From Bacteroidales bacterium (GTDB taxonomy: Bacteria; Bacteroidota; Bacteroidia; Bacteroidales; UBA12077), in the NCBI GenBank assembly GCA_028282585.1, contig JANQHR010000028.1:1-64000 (forward strand): a DNA stretch of 64,000 nucleotides, in the 5' to 3' direction. Each line of letters begins with the position of its first letter. Position 1 is the stretch's first letter. Made by a program: the position numbers and the translations under genes. The notes under the pieces are model-generated. The model had not been told where the DNA came from. It searched no databases and saw nothing but the letters and a program-made list of their open reading frames with translations. Positions 1 through 10,913 of this stretch are shown here, in pieces.

Positions 1-3000
1 TTCGAAAGAATCCTACAACTGGTCAAATTGAAAAAGTAATTTCATTTGAAATAGAATTTATCTCAAAGTCCATAACAGCTAAATCTATTAAAGAATCAAG
101 TAAGTTTACTTCAGAATCAATTATGAAAAGTGGTTCCTGGGTAAAAATCAGACTTAATAAAGATGCAATATACAGATTAACTTATTCGCAATTAGTTGAA
201 ATGGGGTTTAGTAATCCTGCTAACATTAAAATATATGGTAATTTTGATGGAATGCTTCCTATTTCTAATAGTGAAGAATGCCAGGATGATCTTGAACAAT
301 GCGCTATTTATTTCGAAAATGGAGGTGACGGCATATTTAATTCGGGTGATTATATTTTATTCTATGCTGAAGGTCCTGATAAATGGAGTTATGATGCATC
401 TGATCAATTCTATAACTACACAAAACATATTTATTCGGATTATTCTTATTTATTTATTACAGATACAGGTTCTCCATTAATTATAAATCCTATAGAGACT
501 CCATCCGGCGTTACTGATGAAAGCGTTAATTCCTTTACAGATTATTTACACCACGAACTAGAAGAAGATAATTTGTTAGAATCCGGGCAATTATGGTTCG
601 GTGAACATTTTGATATAACAACTACTTATAATATTGAATTTGAATTTCCAAATCTAATTACATCCGAAGCAATTGAAATAAAATCTGCCGTAGCCGCCCG
701 TTCTTCTGCAAATACAACTTTCAATTTTAGAAAAGGGTCAGAACCGATTGCAAGTCAGGAGATTACCTCTGTAAACCTGAGTTCATATACTTCCACATAT
801 GCACATCGAAATACCATTAATGATAATTTTACCAGTGGCACCGATCATTTTACAATCACAATTGATTATACTAAATCATCGTCTTCTTCAGAAGGTTGGT
901 TAGATTATATAACATTAAATGCAACGAGACAATTGAGATTATATGGTGATCAGATGTTATTCCGTTATTACAATACAGAACCAACGTCTAAGATTATCGA
1001 ATTTAATATTAGTAATACAGGCACAAATACAAAAGTTTGGAATACAACCATTCCAAATAAACCTTCTGAGTTAGAATTAAACAATGGAGACATTAAAGTC
1101 TCTATTTTACCCGGACTAAATGAGTTTATTGTATTTAATCAAGATAATTTCTTGATCCCGGAAATCATTGGGAGTATCGAAAATCAGAATCTGCATGCAA
1201 CAAATCATCGCGATATGATCATTGTTACTCATCCGGATTTTATTTCTCAGGCAAACGAAATAGCTACGATACATCAGCAACAAGACGGTTTATTGGTGGA
1301 AATTGTAACTCCCGAGCAAATTTTTAATGAATTCTCATCTGGAACACCTGATGCAACTGCTATCAGAAACTTTACCCGCATGGTTTACAACCGACCATCT
1401 GCATCTGATACTTTAAAATACTTATTATTTATAGGTGACGGGTCTTTTGATCACAAATCCTTAACAGCAGATAATATTAATTACGTGTTAACATATCAAT
1501 CGGTAAATTCTTTAAGCCCAACTTCATCCTTTGTAACTGACGACTTTTTTGGATTGCTTGATCCGACCGATAATGTGGAAAAAAGTAACTCAGGGTTAGT
1601 CGATATTGGTATTGGCAGATTACCTGTAAGGTCGTCGGTTGAAGCTCAACAAATGGTAGAAAAAATTAAATCATATCTAAATGTTGAAAATAAAGGAAAT
1701 TGGGTTAATTCAATTTGTTTTGTTGGAGATGATGAAGACAATAATATACATATGAGAGATGCTGATCGATTAGCTGAATTTGTTGATACTACGTACCCAC
1801 ATTTTTTTATTAATAAACTATATCTTGATGCTTTTCCTCAACAATACTCAGCTGTTTATGAAAGTTATCCCGAAGTTAACAGACTAATTAATGATGAAGT
1901 AAATAATGGAATACTTATATTTAATTATACAGGACATGGAGGAGAAACCGGCTTGGCTCATGAGCGTGTACTTTCAATTGATGATATAAATTCATGGGTG
2001 AATCGGGACAAACTTGCTATATTCATGACTGCAACCTGTGAATTTAGTCGTTTCGATAATCATAATTATATTTCTGCGGGAGAACAGGTACTACTTAATC
2101 CTAACGGAGGTGGAATTGCATTATTTTCAACTACACGTTTAGTTTATTCAAGTCCAAATTATACCTTAAACCGAAATTTCTACAACTATGTTTTTGAAAA
2201 GGATCATAATGGGAATAACAGAGCTTTAGGGGACATCATTCGTTTAGCAAAAAATTCATCAGGAACTGAAAATAACAAGCGTAACTTTACATTACTTGGA
2301 GATCCTGCATTGAGAATTCCTTTACCGGAATTTAATATAATTACAGATTCTATTAATAACAATAGTGTAGAAAACTATACCGATACTTTAAAAGCATTAA
2401 CAAAGGTTACAATTCATGGACATGTAATTAACGCTTTAGGAAATCCTTTTCCAGATTACAATGGAATAATTTTCCCTTTGGTATTAGATAAAAAACAAAC
2501 TATTTCTACATTGGGTAATGATGGAACTTCAACCATGAATTTCAGTGTGCAAAACAATATATTGTATAAAGGAAAAGCCAGTGTTGTGAACGGTAAGTTC
2601 AATTTCAGTTTTGTAGTTCCGAAAGATATTTCTTACAATTTCGATAATGGCAAAATTTCATACTATTCTCTTGATTCAGAAACTGATGCTAAAGGATACT
2701 TTAGTAATTTCATAATTGGAGGATCAAATAGCGAAGCAAGTGTTGATGAAATAGGACCCAATTTACAAATTTTTATGAATGATGAAAACTTTGTAAGTGG
2801 TGGGATAACAGATGAAAATCCAAAGTTATATGCTATTGTTTCCGATAGTAGCGGTATCAATACTGTAGGGAATGGAATAGGACACGACATTACTGCAATT
2901 CTAAATAACAATAGTAGTAATATAATTGTATTAAATGATTATTATGAATCTGATATCGATGATTATCAAAAAGGCAAAATTGAATACTTATTCTCAGAAC

Positions 3001-3407
3001 TGGAAAATGGCGAACATAATTTAAAAGTTAAAGTCTGGGATGTTTATAATAACTCAACCGAAGGAGATTTAGATTTTATTGTGGCTGAATCGGAAAACTT
3101 AGCAATTAAAAATATTTTTAACTACCCTAATCCCTTCACAGATAAAACAGCATTTTATTTTGACCATAACAGACCCAATGAAGATCTGGAAGTTTTAATT
3201 CAAATATTTACAATTTCCGGAAAATTAGTAAAAACTTTAAACGCCATAATAAATTCAAATGCTTTTCGTTCTGATCCAATAAATTGGGATGGCCTTGATG
3301 ATTTTGGGGATAAAATAGGCCGAGGTGTTTATGTATATCAAATTAAGGTTAGAACTACTGATGGCGAAACAGTTAAGAAAATTGAAAAGTTAGTTTTATT
3401 AAAATAA
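1..3407 (+). CDS. porU: Type IX secretion system sortase PorU (peptidase C25), 5'-truncated by the window edge
   Basis: Frame is open from base 3 to the ATG at 123, so the true start lies upstream; gingipain-like YTGHGG and TATCEF motifs, C-terminal YPNPF CTD, directly upstream of porV. Confidence 0.93.
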   Translation, partial: RKNPTTGQIEKVISFEIEFISKSITAKSIKESSKFTSESIMKSGSWVKIRLNKDAIYRLTYSQLVEMGFSNPANIKIYGNFDGMLPISNSEECQDDLEQCAIYFENGGDGIFNSGDYILFYAEGPDKWSYDASDQFYNYTKHIYSDYSYLFITDTGSPLIINPIETPSGVTDESVNSFTDYLHHELEEDNLLESGQLWFGEHFDITTTYNIEFEFPNLITSEAIEIKSAVAARSSANTTFNFRKGSEPIASQEITSVNLSSYTSTYAHRNTINDNFTSGTDHFTITIDYTKSSSSSEGWLDYITLNATRQLRLYGDQMLFRYYNTEPTSKIIEFNISNTGTNTKVWNTTIPNKPSELELNNGDIKVSILPGLNEFIVFNQDNFLIPEIIGSIENQNLHATNHRDMIIVTHPDFISQANEIATIHQQQDGLLVEIVTPEQIFNEFSSGTPDATAIRNFTRMVYNRPSASDTLKYLLFIGDGSFDHKSLTADNINYVLTYQSVNSLSPTSSFVTDDFFGLLDPTDNVEKSNSGLVDIGIGRLPVRSSVEAQQMVEKIKSYLNVENKGNWVNSICFVGDDEDNNIHMRDADRLAEFVDTTYPHFFINKLYLDAFPQQYSAVYESYPEVNRLINDEVNNGILIFNYTGHGGETGLAHERVLSIDDINSWVNRDKLAIFMTATCEFSRFDNHNYISAGEQVLLNPNGGGIALFSTTRLVYSSPNYTLNRNFYNYVFEKDHNGNNRALGDIIRLAKNSSGTENNKRNFTLLGDPALRIPLPEFNIITDSINNNSVENYTDTLKALTKVTIHGHVINALGNPFPDYNGIIFPLVLDKKQTISTLGNDGTSTMNFSVQNNILYKGKASVVNGKFNFSFVVPKDISYNFDNGKISYYSLDSETDAKGYFSNFIIGGSNSEASVDEIGPNLQIFMNDENFVSGGITDENPKLYAIVSDSSGINTVGNGIGHDITAILNNNSSNIIVLNDYYESDIDDYQKGKIEYLFSELENGEHNLKVKVWDVYNNSTEGDLDFIVAESENLAIKNIFNYPNPFTDKTAFYFDHNRPNEDLEVLIQIFTISGKLVKTLNAIINSNAFRSDPINWDGLDDFGDKIGRGVYVYQIKVRTTDGETVKKIEKLVLLK

Positions 3408-3434
3408 ATAATATTGATTATCAGCAAATAATTC

Positions 3435-3442
3435 TATATTTG
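3435..3442 (+). promoter_or_regulatory. Bacteroidota sigma70 -7 element for porV-ispF
   Basis: TATATTTG matches TAnnTTTG, about 22 nt upstream of the porV ATG. Confidence 0.55.
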
Positions 3443-3464
3443 CAATCTTACTTTTAAGGAAAAT

Positions 3465-4649
3465 ATGATGAAAAAAAGTTGTGCGCTAGGATTAATTATC
3501 TCTCTATTTAGTTTAACGGTTTTAGGACAAGATGTAATTAACAGGCAAGACCTTGTAGGATCCAATAATCCATTAGAATATTCAGCCTCATTTTTAACAA
3601 TTGCACCCGATTCAAGAGCTGGCGCAATGGGTGATGTTGGAGTAGCAACTTCACCAGATATTAATTCGATGCGCTGGAATCCTGCAAAATATGCTTTCAT
3701 TGAAAGCGATATGGGAGTTTCAGTTTCTTATACGCCTTGGTTACGAAACCTGGTAAATGATATAAATCTTGGCTATTTAACTTTTTTTAAAAGGCTTGAT
3801 AAAAAACAAACCGTAGCTGCTTCGCTCCTTTTCTTTAACTTAGGAGAAATCCAGTTTACTAACGAAGAAGGTTTATACGACGGGCAACATTCTCCCTATG
3901 AAATGTCCATTGATGCGGCTTATTCCAGAGCTTTTTCAGAAAAGATATCCGGTGGGATAGCATTTAGATACATCCGTTCTGACATTACAGGAGGAGCTGT
4001 TGTGGAAGGTACTGAGACATCAGCTGGTAATGCTGTTGCTGCTGATGTATCTATGTATTACGCAAACGACAAGATTAAATTGGCGGATAATTATCATACT
4101 TTCTCCTTTGGTATAAATATTTCCAATATTGGTAATAAAATATCATATACAGAAGTTCAAAGCGATTTCCTTCCTACCAATCTTAGGATTGGTGGGGCAT
4201 TTAAATATAATATAGACGATTATAACTCGCTAACTTTGGCATTAGACCTAAATAAATTATTAGTACCTACTCCACCGCAGGAAATCAATGATTCCACTTT
4301 TTTTGGATACAATTCCGATGTCTCTGTTGCTGAAGGAATGATTCAATCATTTTATGACGCACCTGCAGGTTGGGAAGAGGAATTACATGAAATAAAATAT
4401 TCGGTAGGTGCGGAATATTGGTATGCAAACCAATTTGCAGTTCGAGGAGGGTATTTCCATGAACATGAAGCAAAAGGAAATAGAAAATACTTTACAGTTG
4501 GTGCAGGATTAAAATTAAATGTATTTACTATCGACTTTTCATATTTGATTCCACTAAAACAAAACAACCCACTAGCCAACACCGTTAGATTCTCTCTGGG
4601 ATTTGATTTTCAATCATTTAAAATACAATCAGAAGAAAATAATTTGTAG
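3465..4649 (+). CDS. porV: T9SS outer membrane shuttle PorV
   Basis: Signal peptide; FLTIAPDSRAGAMGD, WNPAKY and SYTPWL motifs; porU-porV-ispF synteny. Confidence 0.95.
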   Translation: MMKKSCALGLIISLFSLTVLGQDVINRQDLVGSNNPLEYSASFLTIAPDSRAGAMGDVGVATSPDINSMRWNPAKYAFIESDMGVSVSYTPWLRNLVNDINLGYLTFFKRLDKKQTVAASLLFFNLGEIQFTNEEGLYDGQHSPYEMSIDAAYSRAFSEKISGGIAFRYIRSDITGGAVVEGTETSAGNAVAADVSMYYANDKIKLADNYHTFSFGINISNIGNKISYTEVQSDFLPTNLRIGGAFKYNIDDYNSLTLALDLNKLLVPTPPQEINDSTFFGYNSDVSVAEGMIQSFYDAPAGWEEELHEIKYSVGAEYWYANQFAVRGGYFHEHEAKGNRKYFTVGAGLKLNVFTIDFSYLIPLKQNNPLANTVRFSLGFDFQSFKIQSEENNL

Positions 4650-5129
4650 ATGAGTCTTAGAATTGGATATGGTTATGATGTTCACCAATTAGTTGAAGGT
4701 AGAGATTTATTTCTGGGTGGAATCAAAATACCTCATTCAAAAGGTTGTATAGCTCACTCAGATGGGGATGTTTTATTACATGCTATATGCGATGCCCTTT
4801 TAGGAGCAGCAGCAATGCGTGATATTGGTATTCACTTTCCAAATACAGATCTTCAGTTTAAGAATATTGACAGCAAAATACTTTTGAAAAAAACGATTGA
4901 ACTTATTGCTATAAAAGGATATACTGTTACAAACATCGATTCGACGATTTGTTTAGAAAAACCTAAATTAAAAGATTTTATTCCTGATATGATTAAAACC
5001 ATTGCCAAACTATTGGATACAAGTATTGAAAATGTATCAGTAAAAGCAACTACCACAGAAAAACTTGGTTTTGTCGGAAAGGAAGAAGGTATAGCGGCTC
5101 ACGCGGTCGTTTTAATTCAAAAAACTTAA
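4650..5129 (+). CDS. ispF: 2-C-methyl-D-erythritol 2,4-cyclodiphosphate synthase
   Basis: [15 protein letters not shown] and KATTTEKLG motifs. Confidence 0.97.
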   Translation: MSLRIGYGYDVHQLVEGRDLFLGGIKIPHSKGCIAHSDGDVLLHAICDALLGAAAMRDIGIHFPNTDLQFKNIDSKILLKKTIELIAIKGYTVTNIDSTICLEKPKLKDFIPDMIKTIAKLLDTSIENVSVKATTTEKLGFVGKEEGIAAHAVVLIQKT

Positions 5130-5253
5130 CCAATACCTCTTTTATTCTTAGCGTTTTTTTGTTATCTTTCTGAAAGATTTTATGGTGATAAACTGAAGTT
5201 TTAACCATCAAAAAATCAGCACATTTAATATCCACCGCTTAATAACTTAAACA

Positions 5254-5613
5254 ATGAAAAAAACTCTTGTACTGGGAGCAAGTCCAAATCCAATCAGATT
5301 TTCGCATAAAGCAGTAAAAAGCCTGGTACGACATGGCCATGAGGTAGTTCCTATTGGAATCCGAGAGGGTGATATAATGTGGCAAAAAATAATTGTTGGT
5401 AAACCAAAATTAAATGATATTCACACAGTTACTTTGTACTTGAATCCAACTAATCAAAAAGAATATTACGATTATATTTTAGAAATCAAACCTAAACGAA
5501 TTATCTTTAATCCCGGATCAGAAAATCAAGAATTAATTGAAATAGCTATGAAAAGAGAGATTGAAGTATCTATTGCATGTACACTTATCATGTTAAACAC
5601 TAACAGATACTGA
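5254..5613 (+). CDS. CoA-binding protein (YccU-like)
   Basis: LVLGASPNP, TVTLYL, RIIFNPG and ACTL motifs. Confidence 0.85.
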   Translation: MKKTLVLGASPNPIRFSHKAVKSLVRHGHEVVPIGIREGDIMWQKIIVGKPKLNDIHTVTLYLNPTNQKEYYDYILEIKPKRIIFNPGSENQELIEIAMKREIEVSIACTLIMLNTNRY

Positions 5614-5945
5614 TGATTCAATCCATAACTTCATTGGAAGAATTTAATGAAAAACGCACTAATCTTTCTGGTGCGTTATTTTATTTTTCACATAAAAAAT
5701 GTAATGTTTGTAGAGTCTTAAAACCTAAAATACATAAAATGGTGCAAGCAAATTTTCCAAAAATTCAAATGTTTTATTGTGATACGGAATTATATCCGGA
5801 AATTTCCGGGCAAAATTCAATATTTACAGTTCCCGCTATTTTAGTATTTTTCGATGGTAAAGAATATTTACGAAAAAGTCGTACTATTGGAGTTGAAGAG
5901 TTTAAAAATGAACTGGATCGTTCTTATTCTTTATTTTTTAATTAG
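5613..5945 (+). CDS. Thioredoxin family protein
   Basis: CNVC CxxC and cis-Pro TVP motif, 110 aa. Confidence 0.85.
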   Translation: MIQSITSLEEFNEKRTNLSGALFYFSHKKCNVCRVLKPKIHKMVQANFPKIQMFYCDTELYPEISGQNSIFTVPAILVFFDGKEYLRKSRTIGVEEFKNELDRSYSLFFN

Positions 5946-6100
5946 GTTTTAGTCGCAATACGTTAAACTTTTAGTTCAAATTTTAGATTTTATTAATCTA
6001 TAATCCTGCAATTATTCGTAACTTTCTCTTTTATTTGTGAAGTTTTATATTAAAAATTGAAACCAAACGTTTAAAATAAGACTCAAAAATCTTAAATAAA

Positions 6101-6886
6101 GTGCAAAAGAATCTTACAAATAATAGTTTGAATAATTTCTTCATTGAGTTAGGCGGACTAACCCGATTTACATTGCAATTTTTCAGGGAATTATTTCGTC
6201 CTCCCTACGAACATAAAGAATTTCTTAGACAAGCATATCAGGTAGGATTAAATACTTTACCTTTAATTAGTATTACTGCTTTTATCATGGGTTTGGTTTT
6301 AACTTTACAATCAAAACCAGTAATGGCAGAATTCGGCGCAGAATACTGGCTTCCAGGAATGGTTTCAGTATCCATTGTACGTGAGATAGGTCCTGTTATT
6401 ACCGCTTTAATATGTGCAGGAAAAATCGGTTCAGGAATTGGTGCAGAACTTGGTTCAATGAGAGTTACTGAACAAATTGATGCCATGGAGGTATCAGGGA
6501 CTAATCCGATAAAATACCTTGTAGTAACTCGTGTACTTGCAACTACTTTTATGATTCCAATCCTGGTATTTTATGCAGATGCAATTTCTTTTTATGGTTC
6601 TTATTTAGCGGTAAACTTACAAGATTTTCTTTCGTTACCTTTATTTCTGAATCTTGCTTTTGATCCTTTACATTTTAATGACTTAATGCCTGCGACAATC
6701 AAAACATTCTTTTTCGGATTTGCTATTGGAATTATCGGATGTTATAAAGGATATTACGCACAAAACGGAACAGAAGGTGTTGGTAAAGCCGCAAACTCTG
6801 CTGTGGTGATTTCTTCGCTGGTAATTTTTATAATGGACTTAATTGCAGTTCAGTTAGCAGATTTGTTTAACGTTTTTATAAGATAA
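6101..6886 (+). CDS. mlaE: MlaE-family ABC permease
   Basis: REIGPV and AELGSMRVTEQIDAMEV motifs; GTG start. Confidence 0.93.
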   Translation: MQKNLTNNSLNNFFIELGGLTRFTLQFFRELFRPPYEHKEFLRQAYQVGLNTLPLISITAFIMGLVLTLQSKPVMAEFGAEYWLPGMVSVSIVREIGPVITALICAGKIGSGIGAELGSMRVTEQIDAMEVSGTNPIKYLVVTRVLATTFMIPILVFYADAISFYGSYLAVNLQDFLSLPLFLNLAFDPLHFNDLMPATIKTFFFGFAIGIIGCYKGYYAQNGTEGVGKAANSAVVISSLVIFIMDLIAVQLADLFNVFIR

Positions 6887-6887
6887 A

Positions 6888-7652
6888 ATGTCTTTTGAAA
6901 ATAACATATCAGAACCTGGCGAAAATGTAATTGAAATAAATCATTTAGAAAAATCTTTCAATGGGCTTACGGTTTTAAAGGATATCAGTTTATACTTAAA
7001 ACGAAGTGAGAATGTAGTTGTTTTAGGAAAATCAGGAATTGGAAAATCGGTACTTATAAAATGTATCGTTGGATTAATTCAACCTGATTCAGGCTCTTTA
7101 AAAGTTTTTGGTAAGGAAGTGTCGGAAATGAATGCTAAAGAATTGAATAATCTTCGAACTAAAGTCGGTTTTATTTTCCAGGGAAATGCTTTGTATGATT
7201 CAATGACAGTAAGAGAAAATCTTGAATTTCCTCTCCGTAGGAATAAAATTCTTAAGGATAAAAAAGAAATAGAAGGACTAATTGTGGATGCATTAGAAAA
7301 TGTAGGATTGCTTGATGCAATGGATAAAATGCCCGCGGAACTTTCCGGAGGAATGAAAAAAAGAATTGGACTGGCCAGAACTTTAATTTTAAAACCTGAA
7401 ATCATATTATATGATGAACCAACAACAGGCCTTGATCCATTAACGTCAAAAGAAATAAGTAATCTTATACTAAAAATTCAAACAAAATATAAAGCATCGT
7501 CAATTGTAATTACGCATGACTTAAATTGTGCCAAAATTACTTCGAACCGGATGCTTATTTTACAAGACGGAGTTTTCCTTGCAAAAGGTACTTTTGAAGA
7601 ACTCCAAAACTCTGACAACGAATGGGTACGATCGTTTTTTGAAATGGCATAA
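6888..7652 (+). CDS. mlaF: MlaF-family ABC ATP-binding protein
   Basis: GKSGIGKS Walker A, LSGGMKKR signature, YDEPTTGLDP. Confidence 0.93.
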   Translation: MSFENNISEPGENVIEINHLEKSFNGLTVLKDISLYLKRSENVVVLGKSGIGKSVLIKCIVGLIQPDSGSLKVFGKEVSEMNAKELNNLRTKVGFIFQGNALYDSMTVRENLEFPLRRNKILKDKKEIEGLIVDALENVGLLDAMDKMPAELSGGMKKRIGLARTLILKPEIILYDEPTTGLDPLTSKEISNLILKIQTKYKASSIVITHDLNCAKITSNRMLILQDGVFLAKGTFEELQNSDNEWVRSFFEMA

Positions 7653-7662
7653 ACTATTGATT

Positions 7663-8718
7663 ATGAAGAATACTAGAAAAAATAACATTCAATTAGGCTT
7701 TTTTGTCGGTTTAGGAATAACCATTTTCATTTTAGCAATATATTATATTGGGAGCCAAGGCAGTATGTTTAGCCGTAATGTAACCATTAGTGGTATTTTT
7801 ACAGATATAAGCGGTATAAAAATAGGTAACGACGTTCGTTTCTCCGGAATCAATATTGGAACGGTTGCAAAAGTTGAGATTCTAAATGATTCCCTGGTAC
7901 AAATAGATTTTTCAATTCAAGAAGATGTTAGAAAATTTATTCGAAAGGATTCCAAAATCGAGATTGTTCCGGAGGGATTAATGGGAATAAAAGTTGTAAA
8001 CATATATACAGGTAGTACCACTACTGAGATTGTCGAAGATGGAGATGTTCTGGAAACCATAGAAGCTGTCCAAATCGATAAAATAATGAGACAACTAAAT
8101 ACTTCCAGTATTAATACCGCGATTATTACAAAGAACCTTGCCGATATTACGGAAAAAATAAATCAGGGCGAAGGTGCGTTTGGGAAAATATTTGCCGATG
8201 AATCACTTGCTGAAAATCTAAGCAAAATAGCAGAAAGAACTTCTGTTTTAACAGATAATTTTGCTGAAATTACTGATAAGATCTCAAAAGAAGAAGGTAC
8301 GATAGGAATGTTACTATCTGATACAACTTTTGCTAACAAGATTTATGATGCAGGAAATAATTTACAAAAAACAACTGAAAATCTTGCAATACTTACTGAT
8401 CAGGTAAATAAAGGGAAAGGTTTATTAGGTGAGATATTTGTCGACACAGCCTTTACTTCAGGTTTAAGTCGCGCAGGTAAAAACCTGGATTATACTACTG
8501 AAAAAACAAAAATATTATCTGATAATCTGGTTAAGATTACAGATGAAATTAACCAGGGACAAGGTTTAATTTCCAGATTAATATTTGATACTGCTTTTGC
8601 TGATAGTATTGAAATTGCGGTGCATAACGTAAATGAAGGAGCCAAAGAAGTAGAAGAAGCGGCTGCAGTAGTAAAACGAAACTGGTTAATTAGATTATTC
8701 TCAAAAAAAGAAAAATAA
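7663..8718 (+). CDS. mlaD: MlaD/MCE-family protein with long helical C-terminal repeats
   Basis: ATG at 7663 (the ORF-track start at 7528 overlaps mlaF); N-terminal TM helix, VRFSGINIG MCE motif. Confidence 0.88.
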   Translation: MKNTRKNNIQLGFFVGLGITIFILAIYYIGSQGSMFSRNVTISGIFTDISGIKIGNDVRFSGINIGTVAKVEILNDSLVQIDFSIQEDVRKFIRKDSKIEIVPEGLMGIKVVNIYTGSTTTEIVEDGDVLETIEAVQIDKIMRQLNTSSINTAIITKNLADITEKINQGEGAFGKIFADESLAENLSKIAERTSVLTDNFAEITDKISKEEGTIGMLLSDTTFANKIYDAGNNLQKTTENLAILTDQVNKGKGLLGEIFVDTAFTSGLSRAGKNLDYTTEKTKILSDNLVKITDEINQGQGLISRLIFDTAFADSIEIAVHNVNEGAKEVEEAAAVVKRNWLIRLFSKKEK

Positions 8719-8719
8719 A

Positions 8720-8864
8720 GAAGGTGTCCAAAAAGTCAAAATCTACTGTCATCATGATGAGGAACAACAAAGCCTGCCTGCAGCAGGTAATCTATTATTA
8801 CAATAATAAGCAGATTGCTTCAGTTCGCTTACAATGACATCCTCAAGTCTTTTTGAACGCCCTC
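8720..8864. repeat. Composite palindromic MITE/REP-like element between convergent mlaD and hutU
   Basis: Outer IR GAAGGTGTCCAAAAAGTC / GTCTTTTTGAACGCCCTC; inner TGTCAT...AATCT...AGATTGCTT...ATGACA arms. Confidence 0.7.
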
Positions 8865-8872
8865 TCTTTCTA

Positions 8873-10879
8873 TTAATATAATTTATCTAACAACTCATCA
8901 TCCGCAACATTCGGAATTGTTACTTTTAAATCAGGTGTTCTTTCCATTTCTCTTTTTATAGCAAAAATTGCCTCATCGTTTCGTGCCCAACTTCTGCGCG
9001 CAATGCCATTATTTACATCCCAGTGTAACATCATTCGTAATCTTCGATCGGCATCTTCACTTCCATCCAATACCATACCAAATCCACCATTGATTACTTC
9101 GCCCCATCCTACTCCGCCTCCATTGTGGATTGAAACCCAGGTAGCTCCTCTGAATGAATCCCCAATTACATTATGTATTGCCATATCAGCCGTAAATTGA
9201 GAACCATCATATATATTTGAAGTTTCACGAAAAGGAGAATCTGTACCAGATACATCATGATGATCGCGCCCCAAAACTACCGGTCCTGATAATTTTCCAT
9301 CCTTTACCGCTTTATTAAATTCAGCTGCAATTTTAGTTCTTCCTTCACAATCGGCATATAAAATTCTCGCTTGAGAACCAACAACTAGTTCATTCTTTTT
9401 AGCTTCGCGAATCCAACGAATATTATCTTTCATTTGCTGAGAAATCTCATCGGGTGCTGTTGATGAAATTTCCTCTAAAACATTCATTGCAATTTGATCA
9501 GTTAAATCAAGATCTTCCGATTTACTTGAAGCGCAAACCCAACGGAAAGGACCAAAACCAAAATCGAAACACATTGGCCCCATAATATCCTGAACATACG
9601 ATGGATATTTGAAACTTCCATCCTCTTTCATTATATCTGCTCCTGCTCTGCTAGATTCTAACAAGAATGCATTTCCATAATCGAAGAAATACATTCCTTT
9701 TTCAGCTAATTTATTAATTGCTGCAATTTGTCTTCTTAACGATTCCTGAACATGCTTTTTAAATTCTTCGGGATTTTCAGCCATCATTGTATTCGATTCT
9801 TCATATGTTAGTCCTGCCGGATAGTATCCACCGGCCCATGGATTATGAAGTGATGTTTGGTCAGAACCTAAGTGGATGAAAACATCTCTTTCCACCACTC
9901 GTTCCCATAAATCAACTATATTACCTAAATATGCAATTGAATGCGCTTCCTTCCTTTTACTATATGCTAAAGCGGTATCGATAACTTTATCTGCATCTTC
10001 AATTACTTCATCAACCCAACCTTGCTCATGACGTTTGTAAGCTGCCTTTGGATTAACCTCAGCCGTAATACTGACTACACCGGCAATGTTTCCAGCTTTA
10101 GGTTGTGCCCCACTCATTCCTCCCAGTCCAGAAGTAATAAATATTTTACCTTCCAAACCTTCTCCAGGCTTAGCTATCTTTCTTCCTGCATTTAAAACCG
10201 TTATCGTTGTTCCATGAACTATTCCTTGCGGACCAATATACATAAAAGATCCCGCCGTCATCTGCCCATATTGAGTCACGCCCAGAGCATTAAATCTTTC
10301 CCAATCATCTGGTTTTGAATAATTAGGAATCATCATTCCATTGGTAACTACAACGCGCGGAGCATCTTGATGCGAAGGAAATAATCCCATTGGATGACCA
10401 GAATATAAAACCAAAGTTTGCTTATCAGTCATTTCGGCTAAATATTTCATAGCTAATAAATACTGTGCCCAATTTTGGAAAACAGCACCATTTCCTCCAT
10501 ATGTTATTAATTCATGAGGGTGTTGCGCAACTGCGTAATCCAAATTATTACTCAGCATTAACATAATTGCCTTTGCTTGTAAAGATTTACCTGGAAAATC
10601 ATCAATAGAACGTGCATAGATTTCGTAATCAGGTCGGAAGCGATACATGTATACCCTTCCGTATTTATCTAATTCTTCTGCGAACTCTTTAGCCAATACC
10701 TTATGATGTCCTTTATCAAAGTATCTTAATGCGTTTTTAATTGCTAATTTCTTTTCTTTAACTGTTAATATTTCCTTACGTTTTGGAGCATGATTAATTT
10801 CCGGATCATATGATTTTGGAGAAGGTAATTCCTTAGGAATTCCCTGTAAAATAACATTTTGAAATTCTTCTCTAGTCAT
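8873..10879 (-). CDS. hutU: Urocanate hydratase (long, ~670 aa form)
   Basis: YGQMTAGSFMYIGPQGIVHGT, SDQTSLHNP and GRDHHDVSGTDSP motifs. Confidence 0.97.
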   Translation of the reverse strand: MTREEFQNVILQGIPKELPSPKSYDPEINHAPKRKEILTVKEKKLAIKNALRYFDKGHHKVLAKEFAEELDKYGRVYMYRFRPDYEIYARSIDDFPGKSLQAKAIMLMLSNNLDYAVAQHPHELITYGGNGAVFQNWAQYLLAMKYLAEMTDKQTLVLYSGHPMGLFPSHQDAPRVVVTNGMMIPNYSKPDDWERFNALGVTQYGQMTAGSFMYIGPQGIVHGTTITVLNAGRKIAKPGEGLEGKIFITSGLGGMSGAQPKAGNIAGVVSITAEVNPKAAYKRHEQGWVDEVIEDADKVIDTALAYSKRKEAHSIAYLGNIVDLWERVVERDVFIHLGSDQTSLHNPWAGGYYPAGLTYEESNTMMAENPEEFKKHVQESLRRQIAAINKLAEKGMYFFDYGNAFLLESSRAGADIMKEDGSFKYPSYVQDIMGPMCFDFGFGPFRWVCASSKSEDLDLTDQIAMNVLEEISSTAPDEISQQMKDNIRWIREAKKNELVVGSQARILYADCEGRTKIAAEFNKAVKDGKLSGPVVLGRDHHDVSGTDSPFRETSNIYDGSQFTADMAIHNVIGDSFRGATWVSIHNGGGVGWGEVINGGFGMVLDGSEDADRRLRMMLHWDVNNGIARRSWARNDEAIFAIKREMERTPDLKVTIPNVADDELLDKLY

Positions 10880-10913
10880 TATATAGTTATATTAAAAATT
10901 TAGATTTAAAAAA

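Noticed and set aside
7528-7662. N-terminal extension of MlaD in the ORF track
   Set aside because: It overlaps mlaF; the ATG at 7663 gives the normal N-terminal TM
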